From NCBI GenBank assembly GCA_951406725.2, contig OX597814.1, positions 12,090,001-12,154,000 on the forward strand: a stretch of 64,000 bases of DNA. Direction: 5' to 3'. Positions 63,511-64,000 of this stretch are shown one piece after another. A program made the position numbers and the translations under genes. Position 1 is the first letter of the stretch. The number at the start of each line of letters is the position of its first letter. A model generated the notes under the pieces. It did no database searches. It was not told the origin of the DNA and was given only the letters and a program-made list of their open reading frames with translations. This DNA is from Octopus vulgaris (taxonomy: Eukaryota).

Positions 63511-63765
63511 CTTCAGTTCTATATTTAAGAGATGAGGAATTATGTACATTATTTACATTATTTACAATTGACGGATATTTGTCCTCATCGTGTTTATTGT
63601 TAACACAACAACATTTCGGTTGATATACCCTCCAGCCTCCATCAAGTTCGAAATTTCCCCCAAGACACCCGATGAAGGCTGGAGGGTATATCAGCCGAAA
63701 CGTTGTGTTAACAACAAAAAAGACGAGGACAAATATCCGTCAATTGTAAATACTGTAAATAATGT
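63511..63765. mobile_element. Penelope-like inverted pLTR cassette with hammerhead motifs
   Basis: Arms 63545-63643 and 63671-63766; TSD ATCGAACTA (63502-63510, 63766-63774); left arm has an extra ~34-bp tail. Confidence 0.85.
63664..63709 (+). ncRNA. Minimal type I hammerhead ribozyme motif
   Basis: GACAC-C(C)GAUGA-A-GGCUG-GAGGGUAUAU-CAGCC-GAAA-CG-UU|GUGUU; U4 is C here but U in the 20.6-kb homolog. Confidence 0.7.
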
Positions 63766-64000
63766 ATCGAACTATCTGTTTCTTCTATTTCCTTCTATAT
63801 TTAACTCTTTTGTAATTTTGCGTTATCATCAAGATTATCTGTTGCTTGTGATACATTTGTATCGTCTGCGTTGCAGTAGAGAGTGGCTGATTGTATGATT
63901 GAGAGAGTTACTATAAACAGCGGCTGTTCCAGTATGATTCTTTCAGGGAGTTCGCTTAGAAGTAATGTTCCTTGAGAGGGTGTAAGGTTGGCTGCAACTG

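Larger units (their letters stand above)
62440..64000 (-). pseudogene. Decayed LINE ORF2 (RT and C-terminus) interrupted by SINE B and the HHR cassette
   Basis: Minus strand: ELPERIILEQPLFIV..YCNADDTNVSQ (PQG/YADD region), CKRLAGWILRSF..VLSHLDYCSQ, NTLPICVRDL...VFKK; ~71-bp tandem duplication at 62640-62779. Confidence 0.8.

Overview
AT-rich, repeat-saturated eukaryotic DNA with no intact host or transposon gene. The tRNA-derived SINE families and dense (TA)n/(CA)n/(AG)n microsatellites match what I recall of octopus (coleoid cephalopod) genomes; this is recognition from memory, not a search. It is probably a large intron or intergenic region. Almost all six-frame ORFs are microsatellite or SINE artefacts. 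Real content: ~15 copies of SINE 'A'; many copies of SINE 'B', including dimers, a trimer and chains; four further SINE architectures sharing swapped heads and tails; decayed LINE fragments (Jockey/CR1-like RT, RTE, R4/Dong); one full-length decayed mariner; several MITEs/foldbacks; a textbook non-autonomous Helitron and a Helitron helicase relic. Family letters A-G are my own labels. Most interesting is a set of Penelope-type minimal hammerhead ribozyme (HHR) motifs: one fused to a tRNA/Pol III head (candidate ribozyme-bearing SINE, 20.6 kb) and one from the same family in an inverted cassette with a TSD (63.6 kb). There is also a perfect 82-bp palindrome, two templated insertions and SINE multimers with a fixed self-complementary junction. 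Coordinates were read by eye; ends of degraded copies are approximate.
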